Below, piece after piece: positions 8,911 through 18,110 of a DNA stretch of 64,000 nucleotides. Location of the stretch: contig JAFAZN010000363.1 of NCBI GenBank assembly GCA_019239775.1, positions 197-64,196 on the forward strand, given 5' to 3'. Position 1 is the stretch's first letter. Every line of letters begins with the position of its first letter. The translations under genes and the position numbers were made by a program. Source of the DNA: Chloroflexota bacterium. Lineage in GTDB: Bacteria; Chloroflexota; UBA6077; CF-72. A model generated the notes under the pieces. That model was not told the origin of the DNA and searched no databases. It saw nothing but the letters and a program-made list of their open reading frames with translations.

Positions 8911-9921
8911 TCACTTCAAGGATTCCAAATACGCCACGAGCACGTCCAGTTCGTGGTCGTTCAAGCCGAGATTGGGCATGATCGAGCCGGGCTTGACCCC
9001 GGGCGGGTCCTTGAGCCAGGTGCGCAAGCCGTCGGGCGTGTTGTCGAGCACGCTTCCAGCAATGACGCCCCGACTGGCAACGTGCGTCAAATTCGGCCCA
9101 ACCTTGCCTTGAGCTGGCGTCCCGTTGATGGTGTGGCATGCCGCGCACCCGCGTGTTTGAAACAGCTGTCCACCCTCGGCCGCCGTGGGATCTGTCGGCG
9201 TCACGGCTGGCGCCTGCTGGGAGGTCAGCCACGCCTGGAAATCCGTAGGCGTCTGGACGATGGCCTTTTCACGCATGTTGCCATGCGAGTAGCCGCACAA
9301 CTGATAGCACTGTCCTGGGAACTCGCCAACCGCGTCGGGCTTCATCCAGATGTAATTGGTATGGCCCGGAAATGCGTCGCGTTTCCCGCCAAGCGCTGGG
9401 ACCCAGAACGAATGGATCACGTCGTCTGAGTGCAGCACCAGGTTGACCGTCTGGCCCACCGGCAGGTGCAGCTCGTTGGCTGTGAGCACGTTGCCGTCGA
9501 GATAGCCAAACTCCCACCAGAACTGGTGCCCAGTCACGTCAATATTGATCGAGCCTGGCGGTGCAGGTGCCTGGGTACTGAAGATCACCGGCAGCGTGAA
9601 GAACAGGATGGCGCCGACGACCAGGACTGGACCCGTCGTCCACAGCACCTCGATGATGGTGCTGCCATGGATCTGGGGCGGCAACGGATCACCCGCCCGG
9701 CGGCGGTAGCGGATCGCCGTCGCCACCAGCACAATTTCGACGACCCCGCCAATGATGACGCCCAGAACGATGGTCAGGATGAAGAGGTTCAGCCCCTCGT
9801 TTGCGTAATCGGACCGAGGATTGAACGCCGTCTGCGGGTTAAAGCTCGTATCGGTGACGCACGCGCTGCTGAGCAACGCGAGCGCCGCCGCGACGGTCAA
9901 CAAGCGGGCACATCGAGCCAT
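8911..9921 (-). CDS. ctaC: Cytochrome c oxidase subunit II with cytochrome c, predicted lipoprotein
   Basis: Lipobox-like LLSSAC after ATG 9921; CuA HSFWVP...CYQLCGYSHGNM; CAACH heme c. Confidence 0.93.
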   Translation of the reverse strand: MARCARLLTVAAALALLSSACVTDTSFNPQTAFNPRSDYANEGLNLFILTIVLGVIIGGVVEIVLVATAIRYRRRAGDPLPPQIHGSTIIEVLWTTGPVLVVGAILFFTLPVIFSTQAPAPPGSINIDVTGHQFWWEFGYLDGNVLTANELHLPVGQTVNLVLHSDDVIHSFWVPALGGKRDAFPGHTNYIWMKPDAVGEFPGQCYQLCGYSHGNMREKAIVQTPTDFQAWLTSQQAPAVTPTDPTAAEGGQLFQTRGCAACHTINGTPAQGKVGPNLTHVASRGVIAGSVLDNTPDGLRTWLKDPPGVKPGSIMPNLGLNDHELDVLVAYLESLK

Positions 9922-9932
9922 CGAGACCTGAA

Positions 9933-10544
9933 ATGAGCATAGCAGCGGATGCGCTGACGACGCTTGTGGACGACGTGCTGGCCTGTCGCAAGTGTGAGCT
10001 GGCGGGTCTGTTGGCCGCCGCAAACCCGATTCGCCCGGCGGTGCTGGAGGACGCCCGCGTGGTGCTGATCGGACAGGCGCCCGGACCGGTCACCGATCGC
10101 AAGGGGTACCACTTCGCCGGGCCCGCGGGCACCTTCCTGTCACTCTGGCTGGACCGCGCGGGCTTTCCGCCGAACTACTTCCGCGAACATGTCTATCTGA
10201 CTTCGCTAACCCGTTGTTTTCCGGGCAAGTCACCGTCGGGCAACGGCGACCGCCCACCCTCACGAAGCGAAGTTGCACTGTGCCGTCCGTACCTCGACCG
10301 TGAACTCGCCCTGTTGCAACCAAAGTTGGTGATCCTCGTCGGGAAGATGGCAATTGACACCTTCCTTGGAAAGAAACCTCTGACCGAAACAGTGGGCAAG
10401 GTCTACGAGCACGAAGGCAGAGCCTTGCTGCCATTGCCGCATGCGAGCGGCGTCTCGCGTTGGCTCAACGCGCCCGAGAACCGTGCGCTGCTCGATCAGG
10501 CACTAACGGAACTGAGTCACCTACGAGTCGCCCTGGGCCTTTGA
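9933..10544 (+). CDS. Uracil-DNA glycosylase family protein (Fe-S type)
   Basis: CRKC, IGQAPG, RCFPG, ALC and LPHASG motifs. Confidence 0.85.
   Translation: MSIAADALTTLVDDVLACRKCELAGLLAAANPIRPAVLEDARVVLIGQAPGPVTDRKGYHFAGPAGTFLSLWLDRAGFPPNYFREHVYLTSLTRCFPGKSPSGNGDRPPSRSEVALCRPYLDRELALLQPKLVILVGKMAIDTFLGKKPLTETVGKVYEHEGRALLPLPHASGVSRWLNAPENRALLDQALTELSHLRVALGL
9936..9944 (-). promoter_or_regulatory. Extended -10 promoter candidate for the A1 oxidase operon
   Basis: Minus strand TGcTATGCT, 14 nt upstream of the ctaC ATG; overlaps the first codons of the divergent UDG ORF. Confidence 0.45.
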
Positions 10545-10624
10545 GTCCGCCACCTCAAGTGCGCGGTGGTGGCTCCGGCCACGGCTCTTTCCCAACAGGG
10601 CCCCCTCCGGGGAAGAATGACCTT

Positions 10625-11332
10625 GTGTGGTTGGGCCACCGCGTCTCGGTTGTCTTCCCTGCCTTCAACGAGGAGGCTGGCATCGCCCAGGCCGTGGCCG
10701 ACTTCGGAGCCATCGAGGCCGTCGACGAGGTGCTGGTGATCGACAACAACTCGCGCGATGCCACCGCCAGTCGCGCAACCGCGGCGGGCGCCCGCGTTGT
10801 CTGCGAGCAACGTCAAGGCTACGGCCATGCCCTGCGACGTGGCCTCGCTGAGGCGCAGGGTGAATATGTCGTGCTCGCGGAGCCGGACGGCACCTTCATG
10901 GGCAAGGACGTCCTGAAGCTCCTGGCCTATGCCGACGATTTCGACCTGGTGCTCGGCACGCGCACCACGCGCGAGCTCATCTGGCACGGCGCCAACATGG
11001 GCTGGCAGCTGCGCTGGGGCAATTGGGCCGTCGCCAAACTGCTGCAGGTGCTCTTCGGCGGTCCGTCGCTTTCGGACTGCGGCTGCACGCTTCGACTGAT
11101 CCGCCGCTCCGCAGCCGAACGCATGCTGCCGCGCTTTACGGTTGGCGGCTCGCACTTTCTGCCCGAAATGGTCTGCCTGGCGCTGCTCTCACGAGCGCGC
11201 CTGGTCGAGGTGCCGGTGAACTACCGCACCCGCGTAGGTCATTCCAAGATCACCGGCTCACTGTCCACGGCGGTCCGCGTTGGCGCCCACATGGTCGGGA
11301 TCATCCTGCGCTACCGCATCTTCGGACGATGA
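10625..11332 (+). CDS. Glycosyltransferase family 2 (polyprenol-phosphate sugar synthase-like)
   Basis: VSVVFPAFNEE, IDNNSRD, QGYG, EPDG; start adjusted to GTG 10625. Confidence 0.88.
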   Translation: MWLGHRVSVVFPAFNEEAGIAQAVADFGAIEAVDEVLVIDNNSRDATASRATAAGARVVCEQRQGYGHALRRGLAEAQGEYVVLAEPDGTFMGKDVLKLLAYADDFDLVLGTRTTRELIWHGANMGWQLRWGNWAVAKLLQVLFGGPSLSDCGCTLRLIRRSAAERMLPRFTVGGSHFLPEMVCLALLSRARLVEVPVNYRTRVGHSKITGSLSTAVRVGAHMVGIILRYRIFGR

Positions 11333-13053
11333 CCGCCGTCCTTCGAACGGAAACCCCACAGACCCGTGCCCTGTCTTCTGGTGCGATGGGCGTCGGGCGT
11401 TTGGGACTTGCGCTGGCCATCGGCGGGGCCGTGATGTACCTCGCGCTGGTCACAGCGCAGCTGAATCGCCCGCTGATGTACGACGATGCGAACTTCGCCC
11501 TCGCTGCGCGAGCCGTCGCCGACACAGGCCTGCCGTTTGGCAACCAGGGCTGGATGAGCGAGCGCGGCGACCTGACCCAGCGCGAGCAGTGGGCGTTGTG
11601 GCATCCACCGCTGTACATCTACGCGCTCGGTGCCTTCGCCAGGGTCGGCGGTTGGACGCCGCCGGTGCTGCGCGGCCTCGGCATCCTGGGCGGCCTCGCA
11701 ACGCTGCTATTGACCTGGCTGCTCGCGCGTGACCTGACGCGTGGCCCACCTCCGACGAGGGACCTCGCAGGCGGTCTCGCGGTCGCGGTCGTCGCGGTGT
11801 GCCCACTGGTGGTCCAGAGCACCTTGATCCTGGACATCGACTTCAGCGTGCTGCTGCCACTGTCGCTGCTGTTCCTGTGGCTGTATCCCCGTCTGCAGGA
11901 TCGAGGCTGGTTCTGGCTCACGCCGCTGTTTGCGCTGCTGCTCTGGGCCAAGATGACCAACCCCATCACACTCATCGCGGTGCTCGGGACGTGGCAGGTG
12001 CTGCGCGGTCGTTTTCTTCGCGCAGTTGTCCACGTGATTGGCATTGGAGGCGTCGGTGCGCTGCTGGCCGCCGCTTTCTGGATTGCGATCGGCACCTGGC
12101 TGCGCTTCCCCCTGGACATGCCCTTTGGCGTGAACCTCATCGAAGCCCAGGATTCGGCCGACGTCGCTCGGCGCGCCTATGTGAGCGCTGGTGCGTTCAT
12201 CGAAGGCCTGCAGCCGACAGTGATCTGGCTCGGCCCCGGCCTCGTCACGCTTGGCCTGCTCGGCGCGGGCGCACGCCTGGCTGGCCTCGCTCGCCTGTGG
12301 CAGATGCGTCGGGTCGACCTGTTGATCGGCGTAACGATTCTCCTGGTTCTGCTGTACGTCAACAAGAGCGCGGGGTGGTTTCCCAAGTACCAGGTCCCGC
12401 TAGCCCCGCTGCTAGCCTGCATGGCCGCTCCTGTCGTGGCCGGGCTCGCCGTTTCACGCCTGCGCGTCGCCGCGATCGCGCTCACCGCATCCGCTCTCCT
12501 GAGTGGCGGCATCAGCTTATGGTTAGTGCGCGATCAGTGGGCGCTCGAGCGCACGTGGGCCATCGCGCCGGCGGCAGCCGCATCACTTCTGGGCGTGCTG
12601 GTTGTCGCGACGCTGGTGGGCATATCGCTGCGCGCGCCGGCTATCACGGGGTGCATGGCCGTTGTGGGTTTGGCCCTCGGTTGGTCGCTGGCGGTTGACG
12701 TCGTACAGGTCGCCGCGCCCTATCAGACCGATTACTGGTACGGCACCACGGGAACCCTGGAAGCCGCCGCGTGGGTGGACGCACACCTCGCACCGAATGA
12801 CACCTATGTGTCCTCCAAGGAGGTAGCAATCCGCTCGAACGCCCAGCGTTATGTCGACCAGGACAACCTGGTGTATCTGCTCAGCATTGGCCGGCCGTTC
12901 GAATCGACGTGGTTGGGCGAGCCGCTCCACGCGCTCGTTATCTGGGAGCGCGACCCGTACATTGCGGATCTCATGGGGCGAACGATTCCGCACTCACAGT
13001 TCGCAGAGGTGGCGCGGTTCGGCGACTATGCGATCTACGCGGCGTCGTCGTAG
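11329..13053 (+). CDS. ArnT/PMT-like (GT-C) membrane glycosyltransferase
   Basis: ATG 11329 overlaps the GT2 stop (ATGA); YDD and WHPPLY loop motifs; many TM segments. Confidence 0.8.
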   Translation: MTAVLRTETPQTRALSSGAMGVGRLGLALAIGGAVMYLALVTAQLNRPLMYDDANFALAARAVADTGLPFGNQGWMSERGDLTQREQWALWHPPLYIYALGAFARVGGWTPPVLRGLGILGGLATLLLTWLLARDLTRGPPPTRDLAGGLAVAVVAVCPLVVQSTLILDIDFSVLLPLSLLFLWLYPRLQDRGWFWLTPLFALLLWAKMTNPITLIAVLGTWQVLRGRFLRAVVHVIGIGGVGALLAAAFWIAIGTWLRFPLDMPFGVNLIEAQDSADVARRAYVSAGAFIEGLQPTVIWLGPGLVTLGLLGAGARLAGLARLWQMRRVDLLIGVTILLVLLYVNKSAGWFPKYQVPLAPLLACMAAPVVAGLAVSRLRVAAIALTASALLSGGISLWLVRDQWALERTWAIAPAAAASLLGVLVVATLVGISLRAPAITGCMAVVGLALGWSLAVDVVQVAAPYQTDYWYGTTGTLEAAAWVDAHLAPNDTYVSSKEVAIRSNAQRYVDQDNLVYLLSIGRPFESTWLGEPLHALVIWERDPYIADLMGRTIPHSQFAEVARFGDYAIYAASS

Positions 13054-13658
13054 CCGCTCAGGTATGGCACGAGCAACTGTAACCAACTGTCGAGCACCGC
13101 TCGGCGGTCCTCGGCGTTCTGGTACCAGTGCGCGGGATCACGCCCGGGCGTCGCGTCGGAGTAAGCCACCATCTCCAGGCTGATGCCCGCCGGCTGCAGG
13201 ACCTCTGAGAGCTGGCGCTGGACGATGCGCGAGCCGATCCCGCCACCGCCAACAACCATCACCGAGTGCGCCCCGTCCGCCTGGATCGCGGGCAGGGCAG
13301 CTTGTGCCTGCTGGCCGCCTTGCGTGGAGGGCGCTCGCACGATGCGCAGGCGATCGGCGGGGGTTGGTGCTGGCGAAGCCAAACCCAATCGCACGAAGTC
13401 GGACCAGTACGCGACCAACGCGTGCGTCTTGACTGGCGCCTCGACGATCACCACGTCGCGCACGAGGCCCTGTTGGCGCCAGGCTTCGGCCGCGGGCACC
13501 GCACCCGTGCCTGTGCCTTCGAGCACAAGCGCAACGTCGGCAGGCACCAGGGGATCGCTAACGGCCAGGCTGGTACCGAGCAGCGGCAGCCATACTGCCG
13601 CCGCAAGCACCAGCGCGCCAACGACCACGACCGGTATCACTACAAGTAGCCGAAGCAC
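13035..13658 (-). CDS. YdcF/DUF218-like membrane-anchored protein
   Basis: N-terminal TM followed by LAVSDPLVPADVALVL, as in YdcF-like proteins; divergent. Confidence 0.6.
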   Translation of the reverse strand: MLRLLVVIPVVVVGALVLAAAVWLPLLGTSLAVSDPLVPADVALVLEGTGTGAVPAAEAWRQQGLVRDVVIVEAPVKTHALVAYWSDFVRLGLASPAPTPADRLRIVRAPSTQGGQQAQAALPAIQADGAHSVMVVGGGGIGSRIVQRQLSEVLQPAGISLEMVAYSDATPGRDPAHWYQNAEDRRAVLDSWLQLLVPYLSGYDDAA

Positions 13659-13758
13659 CAGGTAAAAACCCCCAGACCAAGAATAGGGAGATTCCCCCGG
13701 GCGATATCGGGGCGATGGCCGTCTTCAGGTGCAGCGACCTTCCCGTACGCTCGCATTA

Positions 13759-14505
13759 ATGACCACCACTGCGCCCAGTGCTACGCCGCAGGCAACCGCA
13801 TCGGTGCCGACGGCGCGTCAATTCATCCGCTATCTCTTCTATAAGGTCAGGCCGAGCTGGCGGCAGGATCTGGGGCCTGGGCACCACTCCGAACAGCATG
13901 CCGAGTTGGCGCGGGTGCTACAGCAGTTCAAGGAGCGAATGGCCGTCCTGCGCGCCTACAGCACCCTCGGAACACGCGGCGATGCCGATTTCATGTTGTG
14001 GATGGTCAGCGAGCGTCTCGAGGATTTCCAGGAGCTGCAGTCCGCCATGCTCGCGACGACGATGGGCCGCCACCTGGAGACGCCTTACTCGTTTCTGGCC
14101 ATGACGCGGCGGTCGCAGTACGTCGATAAGCACGTGCACGAAGACGGCGATGGCGAGGGGCGGCGCACTCAGATTCGACCCACCAATCGCAAGTACCTGT
14201 TCGTGTACCCGATGGTCAAAAAGCGGCCGTGGTATCGCCTCAGCCACGAAGAGCGCCAGGCGGCCATGGACGAGCACATTCGCGTTGGCCACGAGTTTCC
14301 TCGGGTCAAGATCAACACGAGCTATTCGTTTGGGCTGGATGACCAGGAGTTCGTGGTTGCTTTCGAGACGGACTACCCGGGCGACTTCCTGGACCTCGTC
14401 GAGCGCCTCCGCGGTGGCGAAGCCAGCGCCTGGACCGAGCGCGAAACGCCGATTTTCACCTGCATCGCCGGCGGCTTCGACGAGGTGCTGGAGCTGGTGC
14501 GTTGA
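13759..14505 (+). CDS. chdC: Coproheme decarboxylase (chlorite dismutase family)
   Basis: YPMVK..WY.L..EER...MDEH...SFGLDDQEF; no distal Arg; first gene of the hem operon. ATG 13759 lies 7 nt after a TACGCT -10 box. Confidence 0.85.
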   Translation: MTTTAPSATPQATASVPTARQFIRYLFYKVRPSWRQDLGPGHHSEQHAELARVLQQFKERMAVLRAYSTLGTRGDADFMLWMVSERLEDFQELQSAMLATTMGRHLETPYSFLAMTRRSQYVDKHVHEDGDGEGRRTQIRPTNRKYLFVYPMVKKRPWYRLSHEERQAAMDEHIRVGHEFPRVKINTSYSFGLDDQEFVVAFETDYPGDFLDLVERLRGGEASAWTERETPIFTCIAGGFDEVLELVR

Positions 14506-15569
14506 CCGCGACCGGGCTTTCGACGATGACCGGCGCCGAGCGCATGCGCGCCGCATGCCGTCTTCAGCCAGTTGATGCCACCCCGGTGTGGTTCATGCGC
14601 CAGGCCGGCCGCACGCTCGCGCGCTACCGCGCGTTACGCGAGCAGTACCCGATCCTGACCCTAGCCAAAACGCCTGAACTGTGCTCGCGCATCACCCTCA
14701 TGCCAATTGAGGAGCTTGGCGTAGACGGGGCAGTGCTTTTCGCGGACATCATGTTGCCCCTGGAGCCGATGGGCGTCTCGCTCGAGATCCAACCGGACCT
14801 CGGCCCGGTCATCCACGCGCCGATCCGAGACCTTTCCGCCGTCGAGCGCCTGCGCCCACTCGAGCCGTCTGAGGGAGTGCCTTTCGTCCTTCAAACGATC
14901 CGCGGACTTCGCTCGGAGCTTTCGGACGGCCGCGCGGCAATTATCGGCTTCAGCGGTGCGCCCTTCACGCTGGCGTGCTATCTCATCGAAGGTCGTCCTT
15001 CGCGCGACTACGCCCGCGCAAAAGCGCTCATGTTCGGGCAGCCGACCGTCTGGGCAGCACTCATGGATCGCCTCACCGACGCGATGGCCGCCTACCTGAG
15101 CGCGCAAGCAGCCGCCGGCGCCGACGTCCTGCAAGTCTTCGACAGCTGGATTGGCTCACTTTCGCCTACCGACTACGCACGCTCTGTGTTGCCATGGATG
15201 CAACGCCTCTTTGCTGCCCTTCGTGGAACGGGCGTGCCAACCATCTACTTTGGTACGGGCAACGCGTCGCTGCTGGAGCTCATGTCGGCCGCGGGAAGTG
15301 ACCTCATGAGCGTGGACTGGCGCGTGAAACTCGACGACGCCTGGCAACGCGTCGGACATGACCGTGGCGTCCAGGGCAACCTCGACCCGGTACGGCCGCT
15401 CGCGGGATGGGACGCGACTCAGGACGGCGCGCGTGATGTCCTGGCGCGGGCCGAAGGCCGGCCGGGGCACATTTTCAACCTCGGGCACGGGGTCATGCCC
15501 GAGACCGACCCGGACGTGCTGAAGCGCCTGGTGGACATGGTCCATACCGAAACCGCAAAGTCAGCGTAG
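14502..15569 (+). CDS. hemE: Uroporphyrinogen decarboxylase
   Basis: PVWFMRQAGR, FADI, GAPFTLACY, QGNLDP, FNLGHG. Confidence 0.97.
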   Translation: MTATGLSTMTGAERMRAACRLQPVDATPVWFMRQAGRTLARYRALREQYPILTLAKTPELCSRITLMPIEELGVDGAVLFADIMLPLEPMGVSLEIQPDLGPVIHAPIRDLSAVERLRPLEPSEGVPFVLQTIRGLRSELSDGRAAIIGFSGAPFTLACYLIEGRPSRDYARAKALMFGQPTVWAALMDRLTDAMAAYLSAQAAAGADVLQVFDSWIGSLSPTDYARSVLPWMQRLFAALRGTGVPTIYFGTGNASLLELMSAAGSDLMSVDWRVKLDDAWQRVGHDRGVQGNLDPVRPLAGWDATQDGARDVLARAEGRPGHIFNLGHGVMPETDPDVLKRLVDMVHTETAKSA

Positions 15570-16513
15570 TGGTGGTCACGGGCGTGGTTCTGATGACCTA
15601 CGGGTCGCCACGTAGTCTCGACGACGTGGGCGCGTACATCACGCGCGTCCGTGGCGGCCGCGAGCCAGATGCCGCGCTGCTGGCCGAGTTCCGCCGCCGC
15701 TACGAAGTCATCGGCATGTCGCCGTTGGTCGACGTCACGCAGGCCCAGGCGGCCGCGCTCGGCCAAGTGCTTGGCCGCGACTACCGAGTTGCGGCAGGCA
15801 TGCGCTTCAGCGAACCGTCCGTTGCGGACGCCGTCTCAGAACTGCGATCCGAGGGTGCACAACGTCTGCTGGGCGTGATCCTGTCGCCGCAGTATTCCGA
15901 CACACTCATGGGTGGCTACCTGCAGGCTCTCGAAGCCGCTGCCGATGGCGTGGCCGTTCGGACGGTTCGCGCCTGGCACCTCAATCCCGCGTTCGTGGAC
16001 GTGCTGGCCAGCCGCATTCGTGGCGCCCTCGCGGCCTTCGACGACGACTCTCGATACTCGACTCCTGTCCTGTTGACGGCGCATTCGCTGCCCAGGCGCG
16101 TCGTGGATCGCGAACCGGAGTATGTCGAGCAGCTGCGTGAGACGGCTGAAGCAATTGCCACGGCCGCGGAGCTGCCAGACGAGCAGTGGTCCTTCGTGTA
16201 CCAGAGCGCTGGGCACACGCCAGAAGAGTGGCTCAAACCCGACCTACTCGAAGTCTTGCCGCAGTTGGCCGGCAGGGGCGTTCGCCAGGTCGTCGTGGCG
16301 CCCGTGCAGTTCCTGGCTGACCACCTCGAAACCCTGTACGACGTCGACGTCGCAGGACGCGAGCAAGCCTCGCAGGCCGGCATCGACAGGTTCGTGCGGG
16401 TGGAGGCGCCGAACGCTGCGCCGGACTTCATCGAGGCGCTGGCAAGCGTCGTCCGCGGCGAACTCGCCGCATGGGACAGTAGCCCAGCGCGAGTGGCATG
16501 GCTGCGCGCGTGA
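15569..16513 (+). CDS. hemH: Ferrochelatase (probably coproporphyrin ferrochelatase CpfC)
   Basis: MTYGSP, TAHSLP, YQSAG..WLKPD, FLADHLETLYDVD. Confidence 0.95.
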   Translation: MVVTGVVLMTYGSPRSLDDVGAYITRVRGGREPDAALLAEFRRRYEVIGMSPLVDVTQAQAAALGQVLGRDYRVAAGMRFSEPSVADAVSELRSEGAQRLLGVILSPQYSDTLMGGYLQALEAAADGVAVRTVRAWHLNPAFVDVLASRIRGALAAFDDDSRYSTPVLLTAHSLPRRVVDREPEYVEQLRETAEAIATAAELPDEQWSFVYQSAGHTPEEWLKPDLLEVLPQLAGRGVRQVVVAPVQFLADHLETLYDVDVAGREQASQAGIDRFVRVEAPNAAPDFIEALASVVRGELAAWDSSPARVAWLRA

Positions 16514-17412
16514 TCCGCATGGGAACGCGGCCAAGCCCGCTAGCCCGCGCGCAGGCAGAGCAGGTCGCGGCCCTGTTGCGCGAGCGTGTCGAGGTCGAGA
16601 TCGTCCCCATTGCGACCAGCGGTGACCACAGTCAGGGCAAGAACGAGACAGGTCCTGACTGGGGCGCGGGGGTGTTCGTCAAAGAGCTCGAGGCGGCGCT
16701 CCTGCGCGAAGAAGTAGACCTCGCAGTGCACAGTCTGAAGGACGTCCCCCCGTTGATCACACCGGGTCTCGTGCTGGCGGCCATTCCAGTGCGCGGGGAC
16801 CCCGCCGACGTGCTCGTCACCTCGGATGGGCGTGGACTGGAGGCGCTGGCCGCTGGCGCACGAGTCGGCACCAGTAGCGCGCGGCGCTCGGCGTTTCTCC
16901 GCGCCGCGCGGCCTGATGTGCACTTCGTGCCGATACGCGGTAACGTCGAGACGCGGCTGCGCAAGTTGGCAGACGGCGACTACGACGCGATCGTTCTCGC
17001 TCAGGCTGGCCTGCAACGTCTCGACCTGGAGGTCGCCTGCGTTGAGCTCGATCCGGAGCTCTTGCCGCCCGCGCCCGGACAGGGCGCGCTCACGCTGGAG
17101 TGCCGCGCCGGCGATCGCGACACGATCGCGCTGGTAGAGCCGCTGCACGATCCAGCGACAGCCGCCGCGGTGCGTGCCGAACGTCACCTCATGGCAAATC
17201 TCGATGGCGGCTGCCGCCTTCCGGTCGGCGCCCTGGGCCGCCCACGGGCTGACGGCGGGCTGCACCTCCTGGGCGGGCTCGCGCGCGACGACGGCACCCT
17301 CAGCGTCGCCGACGCGCTCGGGCGGCTCGACGCACCTGAAGCCCTGGCAGACCAGCTCACCGAACGTCTGCGCATGCCGGGCGCCCCGCAACGACGAGTG
17401 ATGTACGCATGA
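16498..17412 (+). CDS. hemC: Hydroxymethylbilane synthase
   Basis: GTRPSPLA, AVHSLKD, GTSSARR, IRGNVETR, GGCRLP. Confidence 0.96.
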   Translation: MAARVIRMGTRPSPLARAQAEQVAALLRERVEVEIVPIATSGDHSQGKNETGPDWGAGVFVKELEAALLREEVDLAVHSLKDVPPLITPGLVLAAIPVRGDPADVLVTSDGRGLEALAAGARVGTSSARRSAFLRAARPDVHFVPIRGNVETRLRKLADGDYDAIVLAQAGLQRLDLEVACVELDPELLPPAPGQGALTLECRAGDRDTIALVEPLHDPATAAAVRAERHLMANLDGGCRLPVGALGRPRADGGLHLLGGLARDDGTLSVADALGRLDAPEALADQLTERLRMPGAPQRRVMYA

Positions 17413-18110
17413 CGCCGCTGCGCGTGCTGAACACGCGACCGCGCGAGCAAGCAGCAGAGCTGTCCGCATTGCTGCGCGTTGCTGGATTCGAAGCGGTCGA
17501 GGCATCCGCGATTGCCATCGAACGCGCCTGGTCAGCACACGATTTCGAAGCCACGTTGAGCGCTCTGGCCTCAGGCAGTTATGCGTGCGTGGTCCTGCAG
17601 AGTGCGAACGCCGCGTGTGGACTCGAGGAGCACCTCCCTAATGCGAGTGTGGTATGCGGCGCCTCGACCGCCCGTGCACTCGACCTGGACGCTGCCGTCA
17701 CACTCGAGCGCTTCAGCGCAGCTGCTGCCCTCGAGGCCATGACGCCAGTCCTGCGTGCGGGCGACCGCGTACTGGTCCCGCGCGCAGCCGAAGGCCGTGA
17801 TGAGCTCGTCGATGGCCTCCGAGCCCTCGGTGTGGAGGTGGATGCGCCCGTGGCATACCGCACCGTCGCCACTGTGGACGCAGCATCGCAATTGCGCCTT
17901 GGCGGCATCGACGTTGTGACGCTGTGCAGCCCATCTGCCGTTGCGCCGATCGCGGCCGCGGTACCACGCGAAGCGTTGGTGGTGTGTATCGGGGCCACGA
18001 CCGCCGACGCCGCGCGAGCGCATGGTGTGCGCGTGGATGCCGTCGCCGACCAAACCAGCATGCGCAGCCTGGTCCATGCGATCGAACGACTGGCGGGCGC
18101 GCGCGTATGA
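17409..18110 (+). CDS. hemD: Uroporphyrinogen-III synthase
   Basis: NTRP, SANA, AYRT, SPSAV, CIGATTA; position in operon. Confidence 0.9.
   Translation: MTPLRVLNTRPREQAAELSALLRVAGFEAVEASAIAIERAWSAHDFEATLSALASGSYACVVLQSANAACGLEEHLPNASVVCGASTARALDLDAAVTLERFSAAAALEAMTPVLRAGDRVLVPRAAEGRDELVDGLRALGVEVDAPVAYRTVATVDAASQLRLGGIDVVTLCSPSAVAPIAAAVPREALVVCIGATTADAARAHGVRVDAVADQTSMRSLVHAIERLAGARV

Noticed and set aside
13759-14505. Chlorite dismutase activity
   Set aside because: The distal Arg is absent and the gene heads the heme operon, so ChdC fits better.
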